DNA of 64,000 nucleotides from assembly GCA_964187785.1 (NCBI GenBank), contig OZ076409.1, positions 8,124,001 to 8,188,000 on the forward strand. The letters run 5' to 3'. The notes under the pieces are model-generated. The model saw nothing but the letters and a program-made list of their open reading frames with translations. It was not told the DNA's origin and did not search any database. This DNA is from Amphiscolops sp. MND2022. Lineage: Eukaryota. The position numbers and the translations under genes are program-made. Of this stretch, positions 48,382-62,003 are shown piece after piece; within the stretch, counting starts at the first letter, position 1, and each line of letters begins with the position of its first letter.

Positions 48382-49452
48382 CTAAAACCACATTTGATCT
48401 TGGATGATTTAAATAGGACCGCACAGGACCGCACAAAATATTGATAGTAGTACAATCTATACCGCAAAGATGAAAAGATATACATTTCCCCAATTTCGCC
48501 AAATAAGTATCTGTGTTTTCTTAGCAGCTGAATTTTTCGGATACTATCTGCCCGCCCATAGCAGGTTATTTTACCACATTTGCAGATAAAAGGCGGTTTC
48601 AAGTGACTTTTTCCACATTTGCTTGGTATTTGATTTTTTGCTTGCTAAGTTTTCGGCATTTTTAAACTGAACAAAATCTTGCTGCACAAAAGAGTTGATC
48701 AAATGCTTTTTACAAGCATGGTTTTCCCTCTTAATAATAAACCAACTACAGCCGGAACGTCATGAATCGGTGCTCCGCCCAAGACTCAAAAAGGTTAAAA
48801 TACCTCAAAATATCTCAGTGTTGATGAAACATCGAAAATCGAAAACAATAACAATTCTGTGAAACGGACATTCTAATTTCACAAACACGTTCCTTAAAGT
48901 TGAAAAGTCGTACAGTGCCGAAAAAAAAACAATCTTTGAAATTCATTACGATACAAGATCTTGCCAGTTCGATAAATAGCCAATAACAACGCGTTATCAT
49001 TTCAAATACACATTACGTTTCGATACTCATTACACTATTTGATTAATCGTTTCACTAAGTGATTAAAAACTAAGACGTTCAAAGTTAAAATGTCAGAGTT
49101 GAAACGAAGATTCTTAACCCTAAATGACCTGGGCGTTTTAGAAGATTTTCAAAAAATATGAACAAAAATTTTATATCATTGATATAAACCAATATTTCCA
49201 CAACCGAAGAAACTATCTATAGCGTACCAAAGAAACAATCTATAGCGCTTTTGAAAGGTCTGGTATTGGGCTTTCATTTCGGTCAAGTGAGCCCCTGTCG
49301 CCGCACGCCCTCTCCTTTATAATTTTAGTTTTTTTACGGTGCCGCCTCTTCGCGGCAGTTCCGCACTCGTAGGCTTCGGGGGCTTGCAGTAACAACAGGA
49401 TTTTATTGGGGTTTGTTGCACAAGGACTTGTTGTGGAAGGGTAAGTGGTTGG

Positions 49453-50492
49453 TTTTTGGGACACCAGCTTTGCGAAGTGCCCATATGGTGCCGTTTTCTT
49501 TCGCAGATTTCGTGACATGTGCCAACTTTTCAAACTTGTGAGGCAAATTTCTCAAAACCCAGAACAGATACGGACGCCATGTTTTCGCTGAAAGTTGCGC
49601 TAAAAAAATCAAAAAAAATCGGCTTCATGGTTTTTTAAAGAATTTTCGAAAAAACGCGATTTTCCGGTGTTTTTCTTTTTTGATCCCCTATATCTCAGAA
49701 CTGAGACTAAATACAGGGTCCATGATTTCGTAAATTGTAGAAGCGTTTCATAGGCTACGTTTTGGTTTAAACATAACGTCAAAATTGTTTTCCATATTTG
49801 GGTTTTCTCACTCGTAGCTCATATTTCTCAAAACCGATGAAAGATGGGAAAACCATTCTCTTTCGAGAAGAACAACATGGATATAGGCTACTTTTTGGAC
49901 CAACAAAATTTCCGTCATCAAGTATGACGCCTTGGTTTTTCTGCCAAAATGACTTGAGTTTTTAAAAAAAACTCTTGGTTCTTCTTTACTTGAGCTCCTA
50001 TATCTCACGACCGAGACCAAATATGGGGTTATGGTTTCGTTAGTTTTACAAGGTTTTAGTAGGCTACGTTTTAGGCTAAAAGTCCACTTTTTCTTCGTTC
50101 TGGATTTTTTGAGCAAATAAAGTAATGAAAAAAATTTTGTGAATTTTTTCCATTTTTTCCAACTTATAGCTAGTTTTTCCCAGAACTGAAAATAGATACG
50201 AAAACTTTTCTCCCTGACAAAGTGAGGCAAGGATGTGGGATACTTTTTGTATTATCAAAGTTTCCGTCATGAAGTATGACGCATTCGGGTTTCTGCCAAA
50301 AATACATTTTTTTATTCTCAAAAAAATTTTCCTTCATCTTTTTTTTATTTCTTTCATCAAAACATCCTCATCTGAGACTGGATAAGTTCACAAGGTTGTA
50401 GGCCCTGGAACACAAAGAATTTGTAACACCTTCTGCAGACCATTGAACGTTTCTGCTCGTGCCCTAGCGCGACATGCCGTCGCGCCTATGTT
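49453..50492 (+). mobile_element. HINE/Helitron-like family C copy (~1 kb)
   Basis: Homologous to 56283-57323; 3' GCTCGTGCCC plus GCGCGAC..GTCGCGC hairpin plus CTATG-TT. Confidence 0.65.
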
Positions 50493-50938
50493 TTCTATTG
50501 ATCAAAGACTTTTGAGAAAACTGGATTTCGCCAACAACTGAATTTAGGAAAATTATAACCTTTTTTGTGCAAACAGCACATTTTTCTCAGCTTTGGAGAC
50601 GTATTCACTTTTCTAATGCTTGGGTTTTTATATCAATATAGGTACCAATGAACTGTTTAAAAAACTGTGCTAAAGAATGAGCCACTGGCACAAGGAATCC
50701 GAAAATGAAAAATAGGTAGGCTGCTTTAAAGTACCACTAAGTTCATTAGGGTTAAAACTCATTTGGCCATCCTTATTTTTTGTCGATACACCTGAAGTGA
50801 CCGAAAAAGTTCTACCAAAAGTTCTACAAAATTTCAAGACGCTAAATTGTACCTTTTAGCCCAAGGAACTGAACCGAACCAAAAAAAGTTTTTTTTTCAG
50901 AAAGTGCCGACTGAAAATGAATTGAAAGACAAACTTAC

Positions 50939-51004
50939 ACATGCTGTAAGGAACCCAATTGCAAACATCATAACCCATGTTGTGAAAGCGTGGAACTTGC
51001 GGAA
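50939..51004 (-). CDS. CLCN6: CLCN6 exon 3 (FRKFHAFTTWVMMFAIGFLTAC)
   Basis: ttccAG/GTaagt; W...FAIG..T helix B motif. Confidence 0.88.
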
Positions 51005-51309
51005 CTGGAAAACATCAAAATTGAACCATTTACACGGTATTCCTCATAATGGAAAAAATGAGTTGCCTCTCCAGAGTCGAATTATTTAGAATCGAAAATT
51101 GCAACCGGCGTTTTCTGGGTCGAATTTTTAAGGATCGAATTTTTCAGGGCACTTTTGCAGTGGTATAGTATACATGAAATTTTCACCTCTTTCGATACTA
51201 GATAAAATCAAGTCCAAATTCGATTCTAGATAATTTTGCACATTTTTCGATTGTACATAACTCGACTCTGCACAGTAATCCCGAGAAAATGCGAGCCACT
51301 GAAACTAAC

Positions 51310-51468
51310 TTTATCTGAAAAAGAAGTCACCAACTTTTTGTACACCCGGTTGTACATGAGATCGTAATCCAGCGACTCATAATCGTTGCAAGGCAGACCG
51401 TGACTCAGGTGATGATGAAGCACCAAATTGTCCCTCTCTTTGGGCCCTGTTGTCGAATATCTTCTTTC
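51310..51468 (-). CDS. CLCN6: CLCN6 exon 2 (ERRYS...LPCNDYESLDYDLMYNRVYKKLVTSFSDK)
   Basis: DYESLDYD motif of CLC-6/7 N-termini; AG/GTtagt. Confidence 0.88.
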
Positions 51469-52426
51469 CTGTGAAAACCAGCAAACTGGTAGAAGAACTT
51501 GAGTATCTCAACTCATTAAACATGGACAAGGACATGCAAAAAATTTACAAAAAAATTGTTACAATTACTTAATTGTAGTGTAGAACAAGCCGGGAACGGC
51601 CCAAGTTGGCGCCCTACTCGAGTTACAAAAAAAATGTTTCCCAAATATGCGAAGGACACTCCTACTTTGGTACAGTACAGCATTTTACTTCTTTCCTACA
51701 AGCGTTTTCTACGACCCATTATTGAAAGATTTGAAATTGAAAATTCAGAAAAAAGTATGATGATTTTGGCAATCAAATAAATTTGGCATCCTCTGAAAAT
51801 TTTAAGTGGCAATTTTTGGCTGAAATTTCAAAAAAATTCAACTTTCTGAAATATGAGAAAAATGCTATTTCGGATTGCAATTGGCAATATTTACTATTTT
51901 TTTAAATTTTCGGGATTCCGAATTTCGTGAAGACAGTTTCCGGATTCGTGAAGATTATCGGATTAGAGTTTTGAGCAGTGGATTTGCGATATTTCATAAC
52001 ACCCGGCGCCGAAAATGGGCTTTGAAGTTACAAAATTTATTGAGGCAACCTTTCGAATTCCATTAGTGAAAATTGACTGTCGAAAGTTACACTCTCAACA
52101 ATCTCTTCCATAATTCACCTAAAACATTTCCAGTTTGATCAGCTGAGATGAAAGTTACAAATTAATCAGGTCCTGTATGCATATAAATTGTGAAGACAAA
52201 AGTCAAATTGTGAAGACAATATAAGTTCAATAGTTATACATGTAAGAAAAGTGGCCTTTTGGCACATACCTATTCCTAATGGAAAATTAGTCGAACTTGC
52301 AGTATTGGTCATTTTGAGCAATGCAATCAACATTATAATTTCCATCCCCAAACTTTTAAACCTTCTAACCGAAATTCTGAAAAATAGTTGTGAGTTGATA
52401 AAAGTTGATGCCTGAAAATTGATTAA

Positions 52427-53031
52427 AACCAGAGCCGCATATGCGGTAAAGGAGTCGGCTTGGGTCTTTTTCCTTCTGACTCGCTCCAATCCCATTTATA
52501 CGAATTTATTGAAACTGCACACATAGACCATACTATGGTGTAGAAAATGACTGTAGAAATTTTCGTTCGAATCGCATGGACAGTTTTTGCAAAAATCAAA
52601 AAAAGTCGAAAAATGGCTGTTTTTTGGCCATTTTTGGGTTAATTTTGGCTATGTTTCTCACATCCCAGCAATACGAATTTGATGGAATTACACACAAAGG
52701 ACCATAATATAGTGTAGAAGGACTGTACAAAATTTCGTTCGAATCGTATGGAAAATTATTGCAAAAATCAAAAAAAGTCGAAAAACGGCTGTTTTTTGGC
52801 CATTTTTGGGCTAATTTTGGCTATGTTTCTCACATTCCAGTCATACGATTTTGATGCTTTTGAGCACGCAGGGGCCTCTTTGGGTGTAGAATGACTGTGC
52901 AAAATTTTATCAAAATCGTATAAACAGTTTTTGAGAAATTTGAAGTTTTCATGAAAACTTCGGGAGAAAAAAAAACAAAAAAAACAGCACGATTGGATAA
53001 GTAGTCGAAAATTTTTTCCGACTCCTAAAAA
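52427..53031 (-). mobile_element. HINE-like family A copy
   Basis: Full termini and internal tandem subrepeats like 29799-30395. Confidence 0.7.
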
Positions 53032-53231
53032 GGATACTACTAATTAATTCGAAACTCCGTTTCGAGAACGTTTAGAGAAAATTGTCAAAAGTAAAAAAAT
53101 GGACAAAGCAAAGGGAAAACCATGGGTGACAGAATAGTTGGTATGAAAAAATGAAACTCGATTCTGCAATAGAGTCAATTATCCACGAGTTGTTTCGGAC
53201 TCGGCCGCTTGTTACTGCTGAGAATATTGGA

Positions 53232-53548
53232 CAGAGCTTTGACACCGCTGTTTTTTTATCGGTTAACCGCTGATTTCAAAATCGCTATTTTGTTGAAAAG
53301 CTTTTTCTTCAAACTATTAAATGTTTGAATTCAAGAATGACTGAAATACAAATTATGACTTAATTCAAATTTTGCAAGAAAAAACCAGAATTTGGTTTCA
53401 CAGATGAAAAGTTAATCCGTGTAATTCCGAGGAAATTTTGAATTTTGACATCTATTAGTTGCCGCTAATTTGAATCGCTAAAGTATCGCTGAAAATTCTG
53501 CGCAGACTCTAATTCACTAAATCGCTGATTTGCGGTGTCAAAGCTCTG
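53232..53548. mobile_element. hAT-like MITE
   Basis: 17-bp perfect TIR CAGAGCTTTGACACCGC; near-duplicated 8-bp flanks ATATTGGA/ATATTGAT. Confidence 0.65.
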
Positions 53549-53856
53549 ATATTGATGACTTTGGATCACGGCGTTTTTCCGTGTAATTTTAGCAAATTAT
53601 CAAAAAATAGCATACCCTTAACTTTGCTCTTATGTATCTTGAAATTCATAAAGTATCTTGTGACTTGTGTATCTTGAAATTCGGAAAGACACGATTTTCG
53701 AGAAAACATACATATACTCTAAAGTTGTTCCGAAGAAATGAAAACATCGCAGTGACTCTACGTTCCCGGCTGCTTGGTTTTTCACCTGTGGTTGATGCTT
53801 TTATGAATAAGTTGATGAACAAATGAACCCAAAACAGATGTGAACCAAAAACTTAC

Positions 53857-53901
53857 CGAAACATTTTCGAAAGGAAGCTCATCATCTGAATTTTCTTGCA
53901 T
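53857..53901 (-). CDS. CLCN6: Candidate first coding exon of CLCN6 (MQENSDDELPFENVS)
   Basis: ATG with an upstream in-frame stop, strong G/GTAAGT donor, phase 0 to exon 2; no homology support. Confidence 0.5.
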
Positions 53902-55537
53902 TCTTTTCCACTTTAATTTTACTCCTCAAGCAGTTGTTGAAGATATTTCGTCGGTCTATCCTATGTTGACAGAGCGAAACTGTTCAAGCTCTCGTTCACA
54001 CGGTGACTAAAATGAGATTCATTGTGCATCAAAACAAGACACGGCAATGCCATTTTTGTATTTTCGTCATTGTTAGTTTGTTGGTCTAATTTAAGATGAT
54101 TCGAAACTCCGCAATTCTATTCCATTATAGAGTAAGTATTGTTTGACAGCACGGTGAATAGAAATCTGGGCGTTGTTTTATTGAACTACAAGGTAAAACT
54201 CCTTTCATCATCTATTGTATTGCATTACATTGAATCTACTCAATCAATCTCATGATGATATCATTGTTTTAATGAGGAAGAGAAATCATGGCGAAACGTC
54301 TCTAAAAGGGATTTACAAACTATAGGCTCAACTGTCATAACAAAAAGGATAAATATTGCATAACCCTCAGTTAAATAGTGCTTTTTCCGATCGGTAATTT
54401 TACAAATTAGTTTGTTCACAAACTGAGGTGTGATCGATAAACTTCTGTGTTGAAAAACACTTTGGTCGAATCAATAAGAGTGAATCATTTCAGTTCAATT
54501 ACGTTTTCGACATTTTCGTTGATTATTCATCATTGGTTGTTCTTCTGATATGTTTTTCAAGACACATTTAACGACTGACAAAAAAACATTTGGCTTAAGT
54601 CGCTCCAAGGTACCCGAAGTTGATGCAGCGTAGATGATATTAAATTCAGTGATTTTTCTAATAAAACTCGAAGGAAACGAATGCTTTAAGTAAAGCAAAA
54701 AATGAAACCGAACTAAGTTCCCCAAGAAACAATGACCGGAGGAAAACAAACATTGAGAGTACGGCTTCTCGATACGTTTTTCGACCAAACACAGTTCCTT
54801 GGTTACTTGTGAACGAACCGAGTTGAAAATCAGCAGTTCAACACAAACGAAAGCTTTCTAGCCGCAAGACAACGAGAATTGACAAAATGAAACGTCCAGT
54901 AAAAGAATATATGCTAGAGCTGGGATAATGCCAAGGTTGCCTGGACAGGAGACCATACTCTAACTACAATCCTAAATCTGTTTCTGTCTCAGAAGCGGTC
55001 TCCCGGGGGACGTTTCTAACGTCGAGGAGACTTTTCATTTTAGAGCTCCGAGGTGACGTGCTGGCAGACTCAAAGTCAGGAAACGTCCCACAAGCACTTA
55101 AAAACTGTTCCTGGCGTTCCTAAAACTTCCTGCATACTACCGAGGTAAAAAATGGCAATAACTTGAAATAAAATATATTGGGTATGAGTAATGACAAAAT
55201 GAGATCTAGCAGATCATCCATCTCTAAATACCGTGAAATTAGTATAAGAACACTGCAATATGTATAGGAAACATCGAAATACAGTCTCAGCGAGTCTTTG
55301 ACTTGCGAGGTAGTCCATGCAAAAATTGTATTTTTCTTCTGTAGAGCATCAGCATTTCCAGAGCAATTCAATTTTCCGGGTGTTGTTATCAAACAGGACG
55401 TTTTCCGACACGAGCAGGAACAACACGGGGTTTGTTTGGGGACGTCTCTGTGTATCTGGTAGTTTTTTAGTGTTCTCTCTGAATCAACTTCTTGATACGT
55501 CTTCTTGACTGATTTTTGGTATCTGCCAGGTCAGCCA

Positions 55538-56110
55538 TTTTTAGTCGGCGCTTTTCTAGGGAAAAGAGCCCGATTATTACAGTGACTAGTTTTTTTTTCT
55601 TTTTTGTCAGACTACAGACCTCATCGTGTATGTACCACTTTTTACAGACTTCACTCGTTCACGTGTACTCGTCAGTACAGTCTTTACTCGATTTACGGTG
55701 AACCCAGAGGTCACGGGTTCGAGTCCTTGCTTTAGCCAGAAACTTTTTCGAGCAACTTTTTTTGACACTGTGCGACTTTTTTTCGAATTTTTTTTACCCT
55801 CAAAGGGTCTCACCTTCAAATTTTTTTGATATTTTGAAGCAAACTAAAATGCCCAAAAAGGCCAAAGTGTCGCCCCTTTTATGTATTTCGGCATTATGAG
55901 ACTGTTAAAAATTCTCATTTTTCGTTTTTTTTCGCAAATTGAAAAAAAAATCGATTTTTTTTGTCTTCAAAGGGTCCCCCTTTAATTTATTAGATATTTT
56001 GCAACAAACTGGATTTTCAAAAAGCCCGAAGGGTCCCCCTTTCACAGGTGTAAAAACTGCGCTTTTAGAGCCTTAGATATAGCGCCGACTTTAGACGTTC
56101 CCGTCTTGTT
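55538..56110 (+). mobile_element. HINE-like family B copy containing a pol III B-box segment
   Basis: TTTTTAGTCGGCGC start, GCGCCGACT end; GGTTCGAGTCC at 55716-55726. Confidence 0.6.
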
Positions 56111-56282
56111 ATTTTGTGCGGTACTTAGAAAATTTGCTAAAATACTAACAGGTGTTGTTTTGTTATCAAAATGGTGCAACTAAAAGCAGCAGAAATAGGT
56201 CAACAAAAGGCACCGCTGGTGTCTCAGTATCATTCCAGCTTCAGCCACTTCGGCGTTTTCTGAGTTATAATTCCCCCGGTTG

Positions 56283-57323
56283 TTTTTGGGGCTCGAGCTT
56301 TGCGAGGTGCCCATATGGTGACGTTTTTTTCGCAGATTTCGAGACATGTGCCAACTTTTCAAACTTGTGAGGCAAATTTCTCAAAACCCAGAACAGATAC
56401 GGACACCATGTTTTCGCTAAAAGTTGCGCAGGGTCCTAGGCTACAATTTTCGAAAAGACGCGATTTTCCAGTGTTTTTTTTGATCCCCTATATCTCAGAA
56501 CTGAGACTAAATCAGGGTCCATGGTTTCGTAAATTGTACAAGCGTTTCATAGGCTACGTTTTGGCTGAACAATAACGTCAAAAATGTTTTTCATATTTGG
56601 ATCTTTTGGGCAAAAAAGAGATGATAAAAAAAGTCTAAAAATTTTTTCTAAATCGTAGCTCATTATTCTCAAAACTGATGAAAGATACGGAATCCATTCT
56701 CTTTCGAGAAGAACAACATGGATATAGGCTACTTTTTGGACCAACAAAATTTCCGTCATCAAGTATGACGCCTTCGTTTTTCCGCCTAAATAACGAGTTT
56801 TTTTTAAAATAAAATCTTGTTTTCTTTTTTACTTGAGCTCCTATATTTCATGACCGAGACCAAATATGGGGTTATGGTTTCGTTTATTTTACAAGGCTTA
56901 TGTAGGCTATGTTTTAGGCTAAAAGTGACGTCCACTTTTTCTTCGATTTCGACTTTTTTGAACAAATAAAGTATTGAAAAAAAATTGTGAAGTTTTTCCA
57001 CTTTTTCCAACTTATAGCTAGTTTTTCTCAGAACTGAAAATAGATAAGAAAACTCTTCTCCCTGACAAAGTGAGGCAAGGATGTGGGTTTTTTTGTATTA
57101 TCAAAGTTTCCGTATGAAGAATGACGCCTTCGGATTTCTGCCAAAAGTACAATTTTCTAAAAAAACATTCAACTTTTTAGTTCTTCATCAAAATATCCTG
57201 ATCTGGAACTAGATATGATTGCTAGGTTTTGGGCCCTGGGATTTACTCGTTTTGTAGCGCCTTCGTCGGACCATTGAACGTTTCTGCTCAAGCCCAAGCG
57301 CGGCATGCCGTCTCGCCTATGTT
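56283..57323 (+). mobile_element. HINE/Helitron-like family C copy
   Basis: GGGCTCGAGC 5' and GCTCAAGCCC 3' subterminal inverted repeats plus terminal hairpin; homologous to 49453-50492. Confidence 0.65.
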
Positions 57324-58222
57324 TTGATATTGATTTGATTTCTATAGTGTAGCAGCTAAAGTATGCTCACCTAAAGTTTTGTCTTCGAAAAGTTTCTCCA
57401 AAAATTAGGAAGTGTGTGAAAACATTTTCTGACGAAAATTTGAGCGTCAGAATTGAAAACTGTAGAGCAATTTACTGCTGCAATCACAGCAGTATGCAGA
57501 ATTACAGCTGGCATTCTGTAGATAACTTTTTTCTGAGAATTAAATTAAAAGCTTGTTTGCAGTTCTTATTGTGTTATATTGCGATTCTATTTACAAAAAC
57601 GTTCCTAAGTTCTTTTAGTCAAATATAACATTTTCAAAAACTTTCAAAAACAAAGTTTCGCGAACGGTCGTTTATTGGCGAGACAAAACAAAGATATTTC
57701 ATTTTGTGCTTTCTTGGAGCATGGGACACCAAAAAAATTCAACTTTTGTTCAACTTGGGTATATGGAGCCTCATTTTGTAGCTGTGTGGTCGGCTTTTCA
57801 ATGTGTTGGTTATCTTTCGCCTCTTTTGCCTATTTTAGATATTAGGCTACCTGTCACCCTGAAAATGGAAATTCATTTCCTTCTTGGCATTATTTTTATG
57901 TGCCAGTTGAGCGGTGAGTTTACAGTGCCAAAAATATGCCGGTTACTCTTAGCGATAAAGACCAGGGCCGGTTGACAAGTATTCTGCTGGAGTGGGTCCT
58001 ACCACTCGGCCCCATGTGACGTATTTCATCCTGGAGGCAAAATGGACTTCTGACGACGGCCGCTTGTCCCGGGTGACAAACCCATTCTGCAGGTTCCTCC
58101 ACTCCGGTTATGCGATCAGCGACCCACTACTACTTGCCGTAACACTAGCTTACGAGACCGCTCGAGTCCTTGGTTGTGTGCCCACGTGCCGGGCGACCCT
58201 TTTCGTTCGGCATTCCGCCGAA

Positions 58223-58299
58223 GGAGCATGGTGTAGTTGTAGTAGAGCATTCGGCCTGTATTGGGGCGGTATCAGGTTCGAATCTCTCTCAACTCGCCA
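58223..58299 (+). other. tRNA-like remnant (SINE head or pseudo-tRNA)
   Basis: A-box-like TGGTGTAGTTG and B-box GGTTCGAATC at tRNA spacing; stems do not pair well. Confidence 0.35.
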
Positions 58300-59129
58300 T
58301 TGTTGGGCCTTAAACAAGTCCTTCATCCCTAACTGAGTGGTATGGGTATGACAAAAAATAACGCAATTGGCGGAGAAAAGTAAAAACAAAAAAGTGCAAC
58401 GGTGAGAAGTCAGACTTTTGTGACCTTGAGCAAGTCACTTTGGAACCACAGCTTCAAGTCCACCATTGCCTGACCATTTGGCAGCAAATATGGTACCATA
58501 GCTTGCTATGGGGAGGAGTATCCGAAACAGCGCCGACTTACAAAGGCAGAACTGCTTATTTAACGTCCACCCCGCGGTAAGGGGGAAATTAACTTTCTTT
58601 CTTTTTTTTCATTCCTCTGGAAACTTTCCCAAAAAGATTTGATAGCCTTGTATAGTAATCGATCGATATATAGGTGGTCACCTGTGACAGCAACCGGTCC
58701 TGAAGTTTCCGGTCTGTAACTCTATTTATCCGAGATGCATTTTTCATGTGTCCGAGCAGTCGGTAGTCTGGACACTAAGCCCGGCGAAGCAAATCTGAGG
58801 AGAATGGCAACTGGCATCGTTTTGAAGGTTGTTGAGGCTTCCTCAGATTTTCTCGATGATCCAAAGGTTCAAAAAGCCAATCCGCCAGTTGCCCCGGGTC
58901 CAGCTGAGGGTACAGACCGCCAAATTCCGAAGTCTTCCAAATAACCTCAATAGCTGTTTTTATTAAAGTTCCAAACAACCTCACAAATCAGAAGAGGTGA
59001 AATTTGAATGTTTTGCTCAAAATGTTTTTCTTGCATCATTCCAAAACATTCTAACATCACCAAATGTCGAAATTGTAAGTAAAAGTTCTACGGAAAGCAC
59101 ATTGATTTAAGATTATTTTCTGAGATATT

Positions 59130-59362
59130 GAAAAATCACTGTTTTTTGGCCATTTTTGGGCTAATTTTGGCTATGTTTCTCACATCCCAGCCATACGATT
59201 TTGATGCCTTTGCACACGCAGGGGCCCCTTTGGGTGTATAATGACTGTGCAAAATTTCGTGAAAATCGTATGGACAGTTTTTGAGAAATTTGAAATTTTC
59301 ATGAAACAAAAAAACAGCACGATTGCATAAGTAGTCGAAAAATTTTTTCCGACTCCTAAAAA
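59130..59362 (-). mobile_element. HINE-like family A, partial copy
   Basis: Near-identical to 30145-30395 including CCGACTCCTAAAAA. Confidence 0.65.
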
Positions 59363-61509
59363 TAGACCATACAAATCTTGCAGGATCATGAATTAGAATC
59401 TTGCTAGACATCATAGCTATGGTAATGTAGTCAAAAGCTGCACCGGTTGTCGAAAATGATTTTCTGATAGTAAGTTGATCATTCGGTGATGCTCAATGGA
59501 GAGAAAACAACCAACGATTTTTTGGACACCTCGGGAACTCTCAGTTGAAACATGCAAATATCTTGAAAGTCTGATACACTCATAGCTTTTCTCTTACAAT
59601 TCAAGTGTAGTTCAGCTGATAACACAAAATTTTTCAGCTTCGGTTAGTTTCGAACCAACGACCGCGTTTCCAACAACCACGCGATGTAGCATAGTGCTGA
59701 AGTGCTTTAGCAGTTATAGTGTCTCTAACGAATACTCTAGACGCTTTTTTTAAGCCAAATAACAAATTGGGTACACGCAGTAATTCAAATTCTAACGGGA
59801 AACTGTTTGCGCATAGCTACTATTGCCAACGAGTATCTGTCCCGATTTTTATAAATTAACTTAAAATGATTAATATAATTTTATTCATTTATACATTTAT
59901 CAGTTTTTAAAGGTAATTCAAATTATCAAATTGCTATGTATTATATGAGAAAGACAAACCTCACTTTTTCGGCTGGTTTTGCATCCAATGGCGATTTGCA
60001 TTTTCAGGCAGCGAACTGGCTAGATGTTTAATCAGAAGCAAAGGTACATGAATTTTGAGGTCACATGTTTCACAATTTAAGAATACGTTGATTGAATTAT
60101 CAAGATTTGAATAGGAAAGTAATTAAAAAAGAAAAAAAGAACGGTTTTAGTGAACCAAATTGGTGGTGCCATTTTTTAAACCAAAATATTACAATTTTTT
60201 CAAGATTTTCGGTCATAAGAATTATTCAAAAAAGATAACTCTGAACATTGTGAGTCTATGAATTGTGCAGCCCAGTGAACTCAAAAAAAACTGTGCTTAA
60301 TTTTGCCTCTGAATGTAAGTTTCTAAGAATTGAATTAACGTGGGCGATTTTGACGTTGAATGACGGGAAGTGAACTTGAAGACGTTTGTTCAACTCTTTT
60401 GAGAATTATACTCACCGGAGAAAATATTCCAACCGGCATTTTCAGTCCTGAGTGCAAATCAGAATGTTTTAGCTTGGATTTTTTCACACTTCCGGTATGA
60501 GTGATCAAACTTAATCAAATCTCCATTCAAAAATTGAAAACATTTCATTCATTTCGTTCATTTCTGAAAATGCCTCAATTAAATGCTAATTTGCGATCAA
60601 AAATTATTGAAATGCTCAAATGCAATAAAACTTTAAAACTTTATCCGAAATTTCTCGATTAAACAATTGCAACAAATCGACGGTTTACCAATTTTGGAAG
60701 AAAAAAAAACGAAACTGGGACTGTATCTGACAGAAAAAAAAACAGGAAGATACATAAGAAAAGCCATTCGGAAAATCTTGAAGAAAGTTCCAATATTTTC
60801 GTATTCTTCGCCTATCAATTGGTTAAACTTCGATATATTCTTCATGTAATGCGTTTTTTCTCTTGTTTTTTACTTTTTATTTGTAGACTTCATGGCTTAT
60901 GAGAATATTTTTAGACGTCACAAACGTGGATGAAATGAACTGAATGAAACGAAACTCGAATTAATTTTTGGTGGCCAATCTAATCGAACGTTCTTAATCT
61001 TTAATTGCTGGATATAGTCCACTGATAGTAAGCCATGCTGTTTGTAAGCATCGTCTGAAGGTTGAACTTAAAATGAAAATTCTGAAACGATAAACCCTGT
61101 TAGCAATTGTATGTCTTTGAAGTATGTCTATACTAGTTGACTGGATTTGCATACTCTCTTTAAAAGAAAAACAGCAAAATATTCTTTAAAAATGACGGTT
61201 GCCTTCGATAAGGATTCGAAAAGCAGAAGTCATTAAATCGAAAAAAAAATGAAAACCAATCTACAGACGTTTATAACAATGTCATTAAAAACACGAGGCC
61301 ATTACAATGTTTCTGTACCGTGATCAACTTTTCTCTCCGGGAAAGCTATTTGGTGGAGTGCCGCGCAATAAAAAATCAAAGACAAGAATTTTAAAAAAAA
61401 CAAGATCACTGCTGATGATGCTGTGTTCTCGTTATATTGATTTTTTCTGAGTAAACAGCCTGTTTTTTAGTATTGTCCTCTTCTCTAGCATTTTCTGCAT
61501 TCGGCGGCT

Positions 61510-62003
61510 TTAGTTGGGCAGTCATGTTGCTACATTACTCACCTTCCATCAGGTTTTTAGTCCATTAGGTTTTCCTCTTTTTCCGCGTTACATACCATAC
61601 CGGGCAACACCAAAGGGTCCTCCCTTTCAATTTTTTTCGGCACTGCGAGACTTTTTTTCTAAAATTTTTTCTCTTCAAAGGGTCCCCCATTCAATATTTG
61701 ATATTTTAAAACAGATTGGGTGTTAAAAAATACCAAAGGGTCCCCCTTTCAGTTTTTCGGCACTGTGAGACTTTTTTTCGAAAATTTGTTTTTTCTCCAA
61801 AGGGTCCCCTCTTCAACTGCGATAAAAAATGTTGACAATTTCGGAAGTGTCCCCGTTTTAGCGCGCCAGGGGCTCGCGCTAGCGTGCCCCGGCGCGCTAC
61901 TCGGTCCATTTTTTCTTGCTTTTTCGATTTTCAAGTACTGTAAATTGACCCTTGGAAGTCATTTTGCTATTTTTGAGCCTTAGATGTGGCGACGACTTGG
62001 GCA
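61510..62003 (+). mobile_element. HINE-like family B copy, 3' end truncated
   Basis: AAAGGGTCCCC subrepeats and TTGCTATTTTTGAGCCTTAGAT block shared with other family B copies. Confidence 0.55.

Noticed and set aside
54248..54303. Penelope-type hammerhead-like ATGATGA...GCGAAACGTC
   Set aside because: Core C3 is missing and stem I does not pair
54095..60050. Divergent plus-strand gene from isolated exon-like segments near 54095-54131 and 60008-60042
   Set aside because: Splice-like signals only; no recognisable protein and no consistent exon chain
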